NCBI GenBank assembly: GCA_026785885.1 | Contig: JAJAZC010000006.1 | Span: 463-64,462, forward strand | Source: Rubrivivax sp. | Lineage (GTDB): Bacteria; Pseudomonadota; Gammaproteobacteria; Burkholderiales; Burkholderiaceae_C | Reading direction: 5' to 3' | DNA: 64,000 nt | Shown here: positions 27,052 through 38,658 of the stretch, piece after piece | How the letters are laid out: the number at the start of each line of letters is the position of its first letter | How positions within the stretch are numbered: the first letter of the stretch is position 1 | Position numbers and translations under genes: made by a program | The notes under the pieces: generated by a model | The model's database searches: none | Seen by the model: only the letters and a program-made list of their open reading frames with translations | Told to the model about the DNA's origin: nothing

Positions 27052-28641
27052 ATGCCCATACCCGTCGCGCTTGCACCGCTGAAGCAACCGGTCTTCCGCG
27101 GCCTGTGGCTGGCCTGGCTGGCGGCCAACATGACGATGTGGATGAACGACGTTGCGGCCGCCTGGCTGATGACGTCGCTGACCACTAGCCCGGTGATGGT
27201 GGCGCTGGTGCAGACGGCGTCCACGCTGCCGGTTTTTCTGCTCGGCCTGCCCAGCGGCGCGTTGGCCGACATCGTGGACCGGCGGCGTTACTTTGCGGCC
27301 ACGCAGCTGTGGGTCAGCGTCAATGCGCTGGTGCTGGCCGCACTGTCGCTCAGCGGGCAACTGACTGCCGAGTTGCTGCTGCTGCTGACCTTCAGCAACG
27401 GCGTCGGCCTGGCGATGCGCTGGCCGGTGTTTGCGGCCATCGTGCCGCAGGTCGTCACGCGGGCCGACTTGCCGGCCGCGCTGGCGCTCAACGGCATTGC
27501 GATGAACCTGTCGCGCGTCGTCGGCCCGGTGCTGGCGGGCGCTTTGCTGGCCGCCGTCAGCCCGGCGGCGGTGTTCGTGCTCAACACCCTGCTGGCCGCG
27601 GCGGCGTTCGCGCTGATCCTGCGCTGGAAGAGCGCGCCCCGCACCAGCACGCTGCCGGGTGAGAGGTTTGTCGGCGCAATGCGTGTGGGGCTCAACTTCG
27701 CGTGGCAGTCACCGCGGCTGAAAGTCGTGCTGCTGCGCATCTTTCTGTTTTTCCTGCAGAGCACGGCGCTGATGGCGCTGCTGCCGCTGGTGGCGCGCAC
27801 GCTGCACGGCGGCGGTGCCGCCACCTTCACGGTGATGCTGTCCTGCTTGGGTGCAGGTGCCGTGGTGGCGGCGCTGTACTTCCCGCGCTGGCGGCTGCGT
27901 TTCGACCGTGATCAGTTCGTGCTGGGCGGCACGCTCGTGCAGGCTGCGCTGTCGTGCCTGATCGTGCTGGTGCCTGAGCTCTGGGTGGCCTTGCCGGCCA
28001 TGGTGCTGCTGGGCATGGCCTGGATCTCGGTGGCCAATTCACTCACCATCGCCGCCCAGGTGGCGATGCCCGATTGGGTGCGCGCACGCGGCATGTCGAT
28101 CTACCAGATGGCGCTGATGGGCGGCGCTGCGGCCGGCTCGCTGCTGTGGGGGCAGGTGGCCTCGTGGCTGGACGTACGCGGCGCGGTGATTGCCGCGGCG
28201 GCCTTCGGTGTGGCGGCGTTGCTGAGCACGCGCCGGCTGTCGGTCGAAGGCGGTGCCGACATCGATTTCTCTCCGGCACCGGTGCGCGCCGCGCCCGACC
28301 CGGCGCAAAGCATCGGCCCCGACGAAGGCCCGGTGATGGTGACGCTGGAGTCCCAGATCGCCCCCGCCAACGCCGCAGAATTTGCCGAGGGCATGCAGCG
28401 CACACGCCGCGCCCGGCTGCGCCAGGGCGCGCTGTCCTGGGGCCTGTTCCGCGACGTCGCCGACCCGGGGCGTTACGTCGAGTACTTCGTCGATGAAAAC
28501 TGGCTCGAGCACCAGCGCCGGCTGGAGCGCTTCACGGCCTTCGATGCCGGGCTGCGTGAAGAGCGTCTGGCCTTGCACATCGGCAGTGCACCGCCGCTGC
28601 TGCGGCGCTACGTCGGCGATGAGGGGCGCAGCCCGCCCTGA
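27052..28641 (+). CDS. MFS transporter (MFS_3/DUF894 type with C-terminal soluble domain)
   Basis: FRGLWLA, VALVQTASTLPVFL, GALADIVDRRR, PDWVRAR, W.EHQRRLERFT. Confidence 0.9.
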   Translation: MPIPVALAPLKQPVFRGLWLAWLAANMTMWMNDVAAAWLMTSLTTSPVMVALVQTASTLPVFLLGLPSGALADIVDRRRYFAATQLWVSVNALVLAALSLSGQLTAELLLLLTFSNGVGLAMRWPVFAAIVPQVVTRADLPAALALNGIAMNLSRVVGPVLAGALLAAVSPAAVFVLNTLLAAAAFALILRWKSAPRTSTLPGERFVGAMRVGLNFAWQSPRLKVVLLRIFLFFLQSTALMALLPLVARTLHGGGAATFTVMLSCLGAGAVVAALYFPRWRLRFDRDQFVLGGTLVQAALSCLIVLVPELWVALPAMVLLGMAWISVANSLTIAAQVAMPDWVRARGMSIYQMALMGGAAAGSLLWGQVASWLDVRGAVIAAAAFGVAALLSTRRLSVEGGADIDFSPAPVRAAPDPAQSIGPDEGPVMVTLESQIAPANAAEFAEGMQRTRRARLRQGALSWGLFRDVADPGRYVEYFVDENWLEHQRRLERFTAFDAGLREERLALHIGSAPPLLRRYVGDEGRSPP

Positions 28642-28684
28642 TGCGGTGCCATCCGGCGCCGCCAGTCCACGTCGCAATCACGCG

Positions 28685-28746
28685 CTGTCGGTAGGCGCTG
28701 TCAGTAGGCACTGTCAGTAGGCACTGTCAGTGAGCGCTGTCAGTGC
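28685..28746. repeat. 13-bp tandem array (CTGTCAGTAGGCA) x5, intergenic
   Basis: CTGTC recurs at 28685, 28698, 28711, 28724, 28737. Confidence 0.9.
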
Positions 28747-28799
28747 GCGCCGTGGCAGCATGGCGCCGGCCTCCCCATCCAACCCGTCCGCCCAAGCCC

Positions 28800-30431
28800 A
28801 TGAACCACCCCTTCGACTGGAGCACCGGCTACGCCAGCCAGCGCAGCCCCGTGTTCGCCCGCAACGTCGTGGCCACATCGCACCCGCTGGCTGCGCAGGC
28901 CGGTTTGCGCATGCTGCAGGCGGGCGGCAACGCGGTGGACGCGGCCATCGCCACGGCCGCCGTCATGACCATCGTCGAGCCCTGCAGCAACGGCCTGGGC
29001 TCCGACGCATTTGCGATCCTGTGGGACGGCCGTCAACTGCACGGCCTCAACGCCAGCGGGTACGCGCCTGCGGCGTGGACACCCGGGTACTTCAAAGCCA
29101 AGTACGGCGCTGATGCCGCCACACCACCCAAGCGCGGCTGGGATTCGGTCACCGTGCCGGGCGCGGTGTCGGCCTGGATGGTGCTGTCGCAGCGCTTCGG
29201 CAAGCTGCCCTTTGCCGACCTGCTGGCGCCCGCCATCGACACCGCAGAGCGCGGTTATGCCGTGCCGGTGATCGTGCAGCAGAAGTGGGCCAACGCCGCG
29301 GCATTGCCCGAGATCACCGAGCAGCCGGGCTTCGCACAGGCCTTCCTGCGCGGCCGCGGCCCGCAGCGGGAGCCGCGCGTGGGCGAGCTGTTTCGCTTCC
29401 GTGAAGCCGCCCACACGCTGCGGCTGATTGCCGAGTCCAAAGGCGAAGCCTTCTACCGCGGTGAAATCGCAGCGGCGCTGGCGGCCCACGCCAGCGCGAA
29501 CGGCGGCGCGATGACGGCGGCCGACTTGGCTAACTACCAACCCGAGTGGGTCGAGCCCATCGCGCAGGACTACCGCGAGTTCACGCTGCACGAAATTCCG
29601 CCCAACGGGCAGGGCATCGCGGCGTTGATAGCGCTCGGCATCCTGCAGCACTTCGACATCCGGTCGCTGAAGGTCGACAGCGCGGCCAGCCAGCACCTGC
29701 AGATCGAGGCCATGAAGCTCGCTTTCGCAGACGCCTACCGATTCGTCGGTGAACCGCGCGCGATGACGCTGACACCCGCGCAGATGCTGGATGCGGCCTA
29801 CCTGAAGCGCCGCGCGGCCTTGATCGACCCGCAACGTGCGCAGGACTTCGGCCCCGGACATGCGCCGCAGGGCGGCACCATCTACCTCACCGCGGCCGAC
29901 GCCAGCGGCATGATGGTCAGCTTCATCCAAAGCAACTACATGGGCTTCGGCTCCGGCGTCGTGCTGCCGGGCTACGGCCTGAGCCTGCAGAACCGCGGCC
30001 ACGGCTTCACGCTGGACACGACGCGCGAGAACGTCGTCGGCTCCGGCAAGCGGCCGTTTCAGACCATCATTCCCGCGTTCCTCACCAAGCGCGGCTTGCC
30101 GGTGATGAGCTTCGGCGTAATGGGCGGCGACATGCAGCCGCAAGGCCACCTGCAAACCACCGTGCGCATGATCGACTACCAACAGCAGCCGCAAGCCGCA
30201 TGCGACGCGCCGCGCTGGCGCTTCCACGGCGGCACGCTCAACCTGGAGCCTGGCTTCGACGCCGGCGCCGCACAAACGCTGGCCGACATGGGCCACCGCA
30301 TCGCGCCCTTTGCCGACAGCTACCAGGACTACGGCGCCGGGCAGTTCATCTGGCGTCTTGGTGACCCTGCAGTAGAGGGTTATGCCGCCGCGAGCGACCC
30401 GCGCCGCGATGGCCAGGCGGCCGGTTATTAA
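28800..30431 (+). CDS. Gamma-glutamyltransferase family protein (cytoplasmic type)
   Basis: GGNAVDAAIA, TVPGAV, PPNGQG, GTIYL (nucleophile Thr), QSNYMGFGSG, GVMGGDMQPQG, SDPRRDG. Confidence 0.93.
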   Translation: MNHPFDWSTGYASQRSPVFARNVVATSHPLAAQAGLRMLQAGGNAVDAAIATAAVMTIVEPCSNGLGSDAFAILWDGRQLHGLNASGYAPAAWTPGYFKAKYGADAATPPKRGWDSVTVPGAVSAWMVLSQRFGKLPFADLLAPAIDTAERGYAVPVIVQQKWANAAALPEITEQPGFAQAFLRGRGPQREPRVGELFRFREAAHTLRLIAESKGEAFYRGEIAAALAAHASANGGAMTAADLANYQPEWVEPIAQDYREFTLHEIPPNGQGIAALIALGILQHFDIRSLKVDSAASQHLQIEAMKLAFADAYRFVGEPRAMTLTPAQMLDAAYLKRRAALIDPQRAQDFGPGHAPQGGTIYLTAADASGMMVSFIQSNYMGFGSGVVLPGYGLSLQNRGHGFTLDTTRENVVGSGKRPFQTIIPAFLTKRGLPVMSFGVMGGDMQPQGHLQTTVRMIDYQQQPQAACDAPRWRFHGGTLNLEPGFDAGAAQTLADMGHRIAPFADSYQDYGAGQFIWRLGDPAVEGYAAASDPRRDGQAAGY

Positions 30432-30510
30432 GCGCCGCCAGGCTTTCCGCCGCCGGCTTCTCGACTTGGCACGCGAGCGAATTGGCGTTGCCATATCGGC
30501 CTGAGAAGCC

Positions 30511-31419
30511 TTGAGCGCCGACCCGACCGCAGCGCCGCTGCACCGCGCCGTCGGCCCTGGCCTGGCGCTGGCCGCCGCCGGCTCCATCTCCTTCAGCGGC
30601 AAGGCCATCATCGTCAAGCTGGCCTACCGGCATGGTGTCGATGCGGTGACGCTGATCATGTACCGCATGCTCTTTGCGCTGCCGCTCTTCCTGGCGCTGG
30701 CCTGGTGGGCGGGGCGTGGCAAACCGCCGCTGACACGGCGCGATTGGGCTGCCATCGGCGGCCTGGGCTTCAGCGGCTACTACCTGGCCAGCTTCCTCGA
30801 TTTCCTGGGCCTGCAGTACATCAGCGCCAGTCTGGAGCGGCTGATCCTGTACCTGAATCCGACGTTGGTGCTGCTGTTCAGCGTGCTGTTCTTCAAAGCC
30901 CGCGTGCGGCCGCGGCAACTGCTGGCGCTGGCCGTCAGCTACAGCGGCGTGCTGCTGGTCTTTGGTCACGAGGTGCAGCTCAGCGGCGCGCACACCGTGC
31001 TCGGCAGCTCGCTGGTGTTTGCCAGCGCGGTGTCGTATGCGCTGTACCTGAGCACCAGCGGCGCCGTCGTGCAGCGCCTGGGCGCGCTGCGCCTGGCGGG
31101 GCTGGCGACATCGGTGGCGGCGCTGTTGTGCATCGCGCAGTTTGTGCTGTTGCGGCCGCTGTCGGCTGCGCTGGTGGCACCCGAGGTGCTGTGGCTGTCG
31201 CTGCTCAACGCCACGTTGTGCACCTTTGCGCCAGTGCTGATGGTGATGATGGCCATCGAGCGCGTCGGGGCCACCGTGACGGCGCAGGCCGGCATGATCG
31301 GCCCGCTGTCGACGATCCTGCTGGGCGTGGTGTTTTTGGGCGAGCCGCTCAACGCTTGGATCGTAGCCGGCACGCTGCTGGTGCTGACCGGCGTGTGGCT
31401 GCTGACGCGCGCGCGCTGA
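30511..31419 (+). CDS. DMT/EamA-family transporter
   Basis: FSGKAIIVKL, GYYLASFLDFLGLQYISASLERLIL; ten TMs; TTG start. Confidence 0.9.
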   Translation: MSADPTAAPLHRAVGPGLALAAAGSISFSGKAIIVKLAYRHGVDAVTLIMYRMLFALPLFLALAWWAGRGKPPLTRRDWAAIGGLGFSGYYLASFLDFLGLQYISASLERLILYLNPTLVLLFSVLFFKARVRPRQLLALAVSYSGVLLVFGHEVQLSGAHTVLGSSLVFASAVSYALYLSTSGAVVQRLGALRLAGLATSVAALLCIAQFVLLRPLSAALVAPEVLWLSLLNATLCTFAPVLMVMMAIERVGATVTAQAGMIGPLSTILLGVVFLGEPLNAWIVAGTLLVLTGVWLLTRAR

Positions 31420-31447
31420 CAACGTCGATCAAGAAGGAAAAGACAAC

Positions 31448-32236
31448 ATGGACCTGGGGCTGCAAGGCAAGTGGGCGCTGGTGTGTGCTGCCAGCAAGGG
31501 GTTGGGCAAGGGCTGCGCTGCTGCGCTGGTGGGCGAGGGCGTCAACGTCGTTATCACGGCCCGTGGTGATGCGGCGCTGCAGGCCACGGCTGCCGAGCTG
31601 CGTGCGCATAACCCCGATGTGCAGGTGATTGCGGTGGCCGGCGACATCACCACGGCCGAAGGCCGCGCGGCTGCGCTGGCGGTCTGCCCGCAGGTCGACA
31701 TCCTGATCAACAACGCCGGCGGGCCGCCGCCGGGCGACTTTCGGGACTGGGACCGTGAGGCCTGGATCGCCGCACTCGACGCCAACATGCTGACGCCGAT
31801 CGCGCTCATCAAGGCCACGGTGGATGGCATGGCCGAGCGCGGCTTCGGCCGCATCGTCAACATCACCTCGGCCGCGGTCAAAGCGCCCATCGACATCCTG
31901 GGCCTCAGCAACGGTGCCCGCTCCGGCCTCACCGGCTTTGTCGCGGGCTTGGCGCGGCAGCCGCGGCTGGCTTCGCGCAACGTGACCATCAACGCGCTGC
32001 TGCCCGGGCCCTTCGATACCGACCGCTTGCGCAGCACGATGGCCGGCGCCGCTGCCAAGAGCGGGCGCACGGTGGATGCGCTGATGGTCGAGCGGCGCTT
32101 GCTCAACCCGACGCGGCGCTTCGGCTCGGCAGCGGAGTTCGGTGCCGTGTGCGCATTCGTGTGCAGCACGCATGCCGGCTACATCACCGGGCAAAACCTG
32201 CTGCTGGACGGCGGCGCTTTTCCGGGGGCTTTTTAG
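31448..32236 (+). CDS. SDR oxidoreductase (3-oxoacyl-ACP reductase-like)
   Basis: ASKGLG, NNAGGPP, SNGARSGL, PGPFDTDR, GYITGQ. Confidence 0.9.
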   Translation: MDLGLQGKWALVCAASKGLGKGCAAALVGEGVNVVITARGDAALQATAAELRAHNPDVQVIAVAGDITTAEGRAAALAVCPQVDILINNAGGPPPGDFRDWDREAWIAALDANMLTPIALIKATVDGMAERGFGRIVNITSAAVKAPIDILGLSNGARSGLTGFVAGLARQPRLASRNVTINALLPGPFDTDRLRSTMAGAAAKSGRTVDALMVERRLLNPTRRFGSAAEFGAVCAFVCSTHAGYITGQNLLLDGGAFPGAF

Positions 32237-32535
32237 TCCCGCTCAGCGCCGCAGTTCCAGCACTGCTCGAACGGGCCGTCGACGATCTCGTTGCAGCCGC
32301 GGCAGGCCCAGCGGTGATGCGGCAGGTGCTGCCATTCATGCAACAGGCGGCGCGCCTGATCCCACTGCGTGTCGTCCTGCACCCAGATCTCGGGCAGCCC
32401 TTGATCAGGCGGCAGCTGGCCGACGATGCTGCTGGCCCAGGCACGTTGCACCGTGGCCGCAACGCCGGCGCCGCTCAGCATGTCGGCCCACAAGGTGGCC
32501 AGTGCGAGGTTGGGGGCTTGCTGCAAGCGCTTCAT
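32233..32535 (-). CDS. DUF2007-family protein with C-terminal Zn ribbon
   Basis: APNLALATLWADML..GI/V, GQLPPDQ.LPEIWV, WACRGC...FEQCWNCG. Confidence 0.8.
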   Translation of the reverse strand: MKRLQQAPNLALATLWADMLSGAGVAATVQRAWASSIVGQLPPDQGLPEIWVQDDTQWDQARRLLHEWQHLPHHRWACRGCNEIVDGPFEQCWNCGAERD

Positions 32536-32573
32536 GGTTGGCGTGGATGGTGCCATGGCCGGCCGCTGGCAGC

Positions 32574-32680
32574 GGCTGTCGGCTGTCTGTGGCTGTCTGT
32601 GGCTGTCTGTGGCGGTTTGTGGCGGTTTGTGGCGGTTTGTCTGCTGCCTGTCGGCGGACCGTCGGCGGTTTGTCGGCTGT
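32574..32680. repeat. 10-bp tandem array (GGCTGTCTGT x3 then GGCGGTTTGT x3) in a divergent promoter
   Basis: Perfect copies at 32581-32640 with degenerate flanks. Confidence 0.92.
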
Positions 32681-32743
32681 GGGTCGGCTGCATCACGCGT
32701 GATGTCTTAACCTCGCGGCCCCGCCAACCACCGGAGTTCAACC

Positions 32744-33727
32744 GTGCCCCGTGCCATCCAGATTACCGCCCACGGCGGCCCCGAAGAGCTGCAGATGGTC
32801 GACCTGCCGGTCGGCGAGCCGGGCGCTGGCGAGATCCGCATCCGGCACCAGGCCTGCGGCCTGAATTTCATCGACGTTTACCAGCGCAGCGGCCTGTACC
32901 CGAGCGCGATGCCGCTGGCGCTGGGCATGGAAGGCGCCGGCGTGGTCGAGGCGGTGGGCGCCGGTGTCACGCACCTGCAGCCCGGTGACCGCGCGGCCTA
33001 TGCCAGCAACCCGCCAGGCAGCTATTGCGAGCAGCGGGTGATGCCGGCGAAGAACGTCGTCAAGCTGCCCGACGGCATCGGCTTCGACACCGCTGCAGCC
33101 ATGATGCTCAAGGGCCTGACGGTGCAGTATTTGCTCAAGCGCACACGGCCCGTTATGGGGCTGGAGGCCGGCGACTACGTGCTGTTCCATGCCGCGGCGG
33201 GCGGTGTCGGCCTCATTGCCTGCCAATGGGCGAAGGCGCTGGGGCTGCGGTTGATCGGCACGGCTGGCAGCGCCGCGAAATGCGCGCTGGCGCTGGAGCA
33301 CGGCGCCACGCACGCCATCGACTACAGCCGAAGCGACTTCGTCTCACAGGTCAAAGCCATCACCGGCGGGCAGGGCGTCAAGGTGGTCTACGACTCGGTC
33401 GGCAAGGACACCTGGGAGGGCAGCCTCAACTGCCTGCAGCCCTTTGGTCTGATGGCCAGCTTCGGCAATGCGTCGGGGCCGGTGCCGCCGTTTGCACCGG
33501 GCTTGCTGGGGCCCAAAGGCTCGCTGTACGTGACGCGGCAAACGCTGTTCACGCACATCGCCACGCGCCAAGCGGCGCAGCAAATGGCGGACGACCTGTT
33601 TGCCGTGGTGCTGGGCGGCGCGGTGAAGATCCGCATCGGCCAGCGTTACGCGCTGGCCGACGTGGCGCAGGCGCACCGGGACCTGGAAGCGCGCAAGACG
33701 ACAGGATCGTCGGTGTTGATTCCTTGA
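32744..33727 (+). CDS. qor: NADPH:quinone oxidoreductase (zeta-crystallin MDR family)
   Basis: GLNFIDVY, GMEGAG, HAAAGGVG, VVYDSVGKDT, FGNASG, RKTTGS. Confidence 0.92.
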   Translation: MPRAIQITAHGGPEELQMVDLPVGEPGAGEIRIRHQACGLNFIDVYQRSGLYPSAMPLALGMEGAGVVEAVGAGVTHLQPGDRAAYASNPPGSYCEQRVMPAKNVVKLPDGIGFDTAAAMMLKGLTVQYLLKRTRPVMGLEAGDYVLFHAAAGGVGLIACQWAKALGLRLIGTAGSAAKCALALEHGATHAIDYSRSDFVSQVKAITGGQGVKVVYDSVGKDTWEGSLNCLQPFGLMASFGNASGPVPPFAPGLLGPKGSLYVTRQTLFTHIATRQAAQQMADDLFAVVLGGAVKIRIGQRYALADVAQAHRDLEARKTTGSSVLIP

Positions 33728-33784
33728 GCGTGAGCGCGCGCGAGGGCGCTTTGCAGGCGCCGCAGAGCGCCGATCGCGGCTGAT

Positions 33785-33823
33785 AAAAAACCAAGGGGCT
33801 GGCTGCGGATGCAGCCAGCCCCT
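33785..33823 (-). terminator. Strong intrinsic terminator between convergent qor and ppiC-like gene
   Basis: 13-bp stem aggggctggctgc-ggat-gcagccagcccct, A run at 33785-33790. Confidence 0.8.
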
Positions 33824-33840
33824 CGTCGCTGAACGCCGGC

Positions 33841-34650
33841 TTACTGGCTGCCGAATTTGTAATCGGTCTTGGCTTTGGCGCGCAACTGGTCCTGGTAGTC
33901 CTGCGTGCGGACCTGCTCCAACCGCTGTTTGATCTGGCCTTTGACGTCGTCGAAAGCCGGAAAGGTGGCCTCGCGAATGTCGTCGAGGCGGATGACGTGA
34001 TAACCGAATTGCGTCTTCACCGGTGCATCGGTCATGTCGCCCTTTTTCAGCTTCGACATGGCCTGGCCGAACTCCGGCACATAACTGTCGGCCTTGGCGA
34101 AGTCGAGGTCACCGCCATTGGCACCGGAGCCCGGGTCCTTGCTCAGCTTTTTGGCCAGTTCGTCGAACTTGGCGCCGGCCTTGATCTGCTTGATCAGCGA
34201 CACCGCCTCGTCTTCCTTTTCGACCAGGATGTGGCGGGCGCGGTACTCGGTGCCGGTGACTTGGGCCTTGAATTTTTCGTACTCGACCTTGGCAGCTTCG
34301 TCGCTGACCGGGTTCTTCTTGGCGTGGTCGGCAAACAGCTCGCGGATCATCAGGCTTTGGCGCGCCAGCTCCATCTGCGCACGAAAGTCGGGGCTGGCAG
34401 CGATGCCGCGCTTCTCGGCTTCCTGCGCAAAGATTTCGCGCAGCACGCTCTGGTCGCGCGCCTGTTGCTGCATCTCTGGCGTCACCGGCTGGCCGCCGCG
34501 CTGGGCCTGCGCCAGCAGTGTGTCGACACGGGCCTTGGGCACCGGCTTGCCGTTGACGGCGGCGATGTTTTGCGCCGTGGCGGCCAGCGGCAGCAGCAAA
34601 GCGAGCACCGCAACGGCAGCCGCGCGCGCGGCATGGGTCTTCAAGGTCAT
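33841..34650 (-). CDS. Exported PpiC/parvulin-type peptidyl-prolyl isomerase
   Basis: Signal peptide; ARHILV, FDELAKKLSKDPGS, GGDLD, PVKTQFGYHVI. Confidence 0.93.
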   Translation of the reverse strand: MTLKTHAARAAAVAVLALLLPLAATAQNIAAVNGKPVPKARVDTLLAQAQRGGQPVTPEMQQQARDQSVLREIFAQEAEKRGIAASPDFRAQMELARQSLMIRELFADHAKKNPVSDEAAKVEYEKFKAQVTGTEYRARHILVEKEDEAVSLIKQIKAGAKFDELAKKLSKDPGSGANGGDLDFAKADSYVPEFGQAMSKLKKGDMTDAPVKTQFGYHVIRLDDIREATFPAFDDVKGQIKQRLEQVRTQDYQDQLRAKAKTDYKFGSQ

Positions 34651-34735
34651 TGCGTGGGGGCCTTTCAATGGGGGGCTGATAGCCGCCGTAAGCGGCGGCT
34701 GGTGGGCGATGCGGCAGATGCGCCTGCGGAGGACT

Positions 34736-34996
34736 TCAGGGCTCGCCGGGGGCCTTGGCAATGATGGCCAGAGCATGCACGCCCTGCTCGGCCAAAGGTC
34801 CGAGAGAATCATACACAAGGCGGTGTCGCGCAACGCGTGACAAACCGTTGAACGCCGCGCTGCGCAAACGCACCGTGAAGTGCCGGCCTTCGCGCGCGCC
34901 GGCATGGCCGGCATGCAGATGGCTGTCGTCCTGCACCGCCAGCTGTTCAGGGGCCAGCGCGGTGCGCAAACACGCTTCGATGTCGGCCGCATTCAT
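34736..34996 (-). CDS. bolA: BolA family protein
   Basis: [33 protein letters not shown]; ATG 34996. Confidence 0.92.
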   Translation of the reverse strand: MNAADIEACLRTALAPEQLAVQDDSHLHAGHAGAREGRHFTVRLRSAAFNGLSRVARHRLVYDSLGPLAEQGVHALAIIAKAPGEP

Positions 34997-35423
34997 GGTG
35001 TCGCGGGCTTGAAGTCGATGGCCGCAGAGTTGATGCAGAAGCGCTCGCCGGTGGGCTCGGGCCCGTCCTCGAAAACATGCCCCAGGTGGCTTCCGCAGCG
35101 GTTGCAGCGCACCTCCACCCGCACCATGCCGTGGCTCTGGTCGACGACGCGCTCGACAACCTCGCTGTTGATCGGCTCCCAGTAGCTGGGCCAGCCGCAG
35201 CCGGCGTCGAACTTGGTGCGGCTCTCGAACAGCGGTGTGCCGCAACCGATGCACAGGTACTGGCCGCTGTCGGTGTGGTCCCAGTAGCGGCCGCTGAAGG
35301 CCGGCTCGGTTGCGGCCTGGCGGGCCACGGCGTACTGCTCGGGGGCTAGCTGCGCGCGCCAATCGGCGTCGGTTTTTTGCACCGCGTAGCGCGGCTCGTT
35401 CGGTGTGGTTTGGTCGTGCGATT

Positions 35424-35427
<4 letters not shown>
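34993..35427 (-). CDS. msrB: Peptide-methionine (R)-S-oxide reductase
   Basis: [46 protein letters not shown]. Confidence 0.96.
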
Positions 35428-37037
<1,610 letters not shown>

Positions 37038-37208
37038 CCAGGATTGTCCTTGCCGCTTCGCAGGTGCAACGTGGCGGGGTCATCCGGCAGCACGTCGAGT
37101 GGCTTTCCTGTCCGACAGGCGACACGGTCTTCGGGGTAGTCCCCGAGGGCAAGAGCCTTGCTCTTCCGCTACCTTCTCGCGGTTCGTAACAGACTGCTGG
37201 AGAGACAC

Positions 37209-38552
37209 TTGAATATCGCTCGCGCTACCTTCCGCCTTTCGGCAATCTCGTGTGCTGTCGTGATCTCGGCTGCTGCCGGCGCACAGACTCCGGCGCCTGC
37301 CAAGCCCGCGCCGGCCAAGGCTGCGCCGGCCAAGGCCGCTGGCCCGGCCGCCGCGGCTGCACCCGCAGCAGCTGCAGCGGTCAACCTCGGCCAGACGGTG
37401 AAGATCGCCTTCATCGATCCGCTGTCGGGCCCGTTTGCCAACATCGGGCAGAACCAGCTCAAGAGCTGGCAGTTTGTCGCCGAGGACTTCAACAAGAAGA
37501 ACGCAGCCGGGGTCAAGTACGAGTTCGTCTCGTTCGACAACAAGGGCTCGCCGCAGGAAAGCCTCAACGCGTTGAAGGCCGCCATCGACCAGGGCATCCG
37601 CTACGTCACGCAAGGCAACGGCTCGGGTGCCGCGCTGGCCATCAGCGACGCGGTCAGCAAACACAACGAACGCAACCCCGGCAAAGAGGTGGTGTTCTTC
37701 AACTACGCTGCCGTCGACCCCGACTTGACCAACAGCAAGTGTTCGTTCTGGCACTTCCGCCTGGACGCCGACACTTCGATGAAGATGGAGGCGCTGACGT
37801 CCTACATGAAGGACCAGCAGGACGTGAAGAAGGTCTACGTCATCGGCCAGAACTACTCGCACGGCGTGCAGGTGGAAAAGTTCTTCCGTGAAGCCATTGC
37901 GCGCAAGCGGCCGGACGTGCAGGTGGTGGGCTCGGACCTGCACCCCATCGGGCAGGTCAAGGACTTCGCACCCTATGTCGCAAAGATCAAGGCCAGCGGC
38001 GCCGATTCAGTCGTCACCGGCAACTGGGGCCAGGACCTGACGCTGTTAATCAAGGCCGCCAAGGACGCCGGCCTCAACGCCAACTTCTACACCTACTACG
38101 CTGTGACCAGCGGCGTGCCGACGGCGATGGCCGCCGGTGTCGGCGGCAAGGTGCGCGTGGTGGCCGTCGGCCACAACGCGGTGCCGGGCACGGCGGCACG
38201 ACTGCAGGACGCCTTCAAGGCGCGCTTCAACGACGACTGGTACACGCTGCAGACTTACAGCGGCCTGGCACTGCTGACGGCCGGCATCGCGAAGGCCAAA
38301 AGCACCGACCCGGTCAAAGTGGCTAGCGCAATGAGCGGCATCCGGTTCGAGGGCCTGACCGGAGAACTGGAGATGCGCAAAACCGATCACCAGCTGCAGC
38401 AGCCGCTGTTCATCACCGAGTGGCGCCAGGCCGATGCCAAGAATAAGTACAGCGTCGAGAACACCGGCTTCAATTTTCAGGAAGTGCGGGCCCTGCCGTC
38501 CTATGTGTCCAGCACGCCGACCTCGTGCCAGATGAAGCGCCCGGGCGCCTGA
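37209..38552 (+). CDS. Branched-chain amino acid-type ABC transporter substrate-binding protein
   Basis: Signal peptide, IDPLSGP, DNKGSP, TGNWG; TTG start after GGAGAG. Confidence 0.92.
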   Translation: MNIARATFRLSAISCAVVISAAAGAQTPAPAKPAPAKAAPAKAAGPAAAAAPAAAAAVNLGQTVKIAFIDPLSGPFANIGQNQLKSWQFVAEDFNKKNAAGVKYEFVSFDNKGSPQESLNALKAAIDQGIRYVTQGNGSGAALAISDAVSKHNERNPGKEVVFFNYAAVDPDLTNSKCSFWHFRLDADTSMKMEALTSYMKDQQDVKKVYVIGQNYSHGVQVEKFFREAIARKRPDVQVVGSDLHPIGQVKDFAPYVAKIKASGADSVVTGNWGQDLTLLIKAAKDAGLNANFYTYYAVTSGVPTAMAAGVGGKVRVVAVGHNAVPGTAARLQDAFKARFNDDWYTLQTYSGLALLTAGIAKAKSTDPVKVASAMSGIRFEGLTGELEMRKTDHQLQQPLFITEWRQADAKNKYSVENTGFNFQEVRALPSYVSSTPTSCQMKRPGA

Positions 38553-38658
38553 TCGACCCTACAGACCGCAGCTCGAGGCAGCGCGCACGCCGGAGCCCCG
38601 GCGCCGCGCTGTCTTCACTTGGAGCCGGCCCCGCTCGCGCTGGCGCGACAACACGCTG

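Noticed and set aside
30465-30492. Sigma54 promoter (TTGGCACG) before the DMT gene
   Set aside because: No TTGC at the required -12 spacing.
34652-34661. GCGTGGGGGC matching the end of the palindromic element
   Set aside because: Only 10 bp, explained as the RBS-ATG spacer of the ppiC-like gene; the rest of the element is absent.
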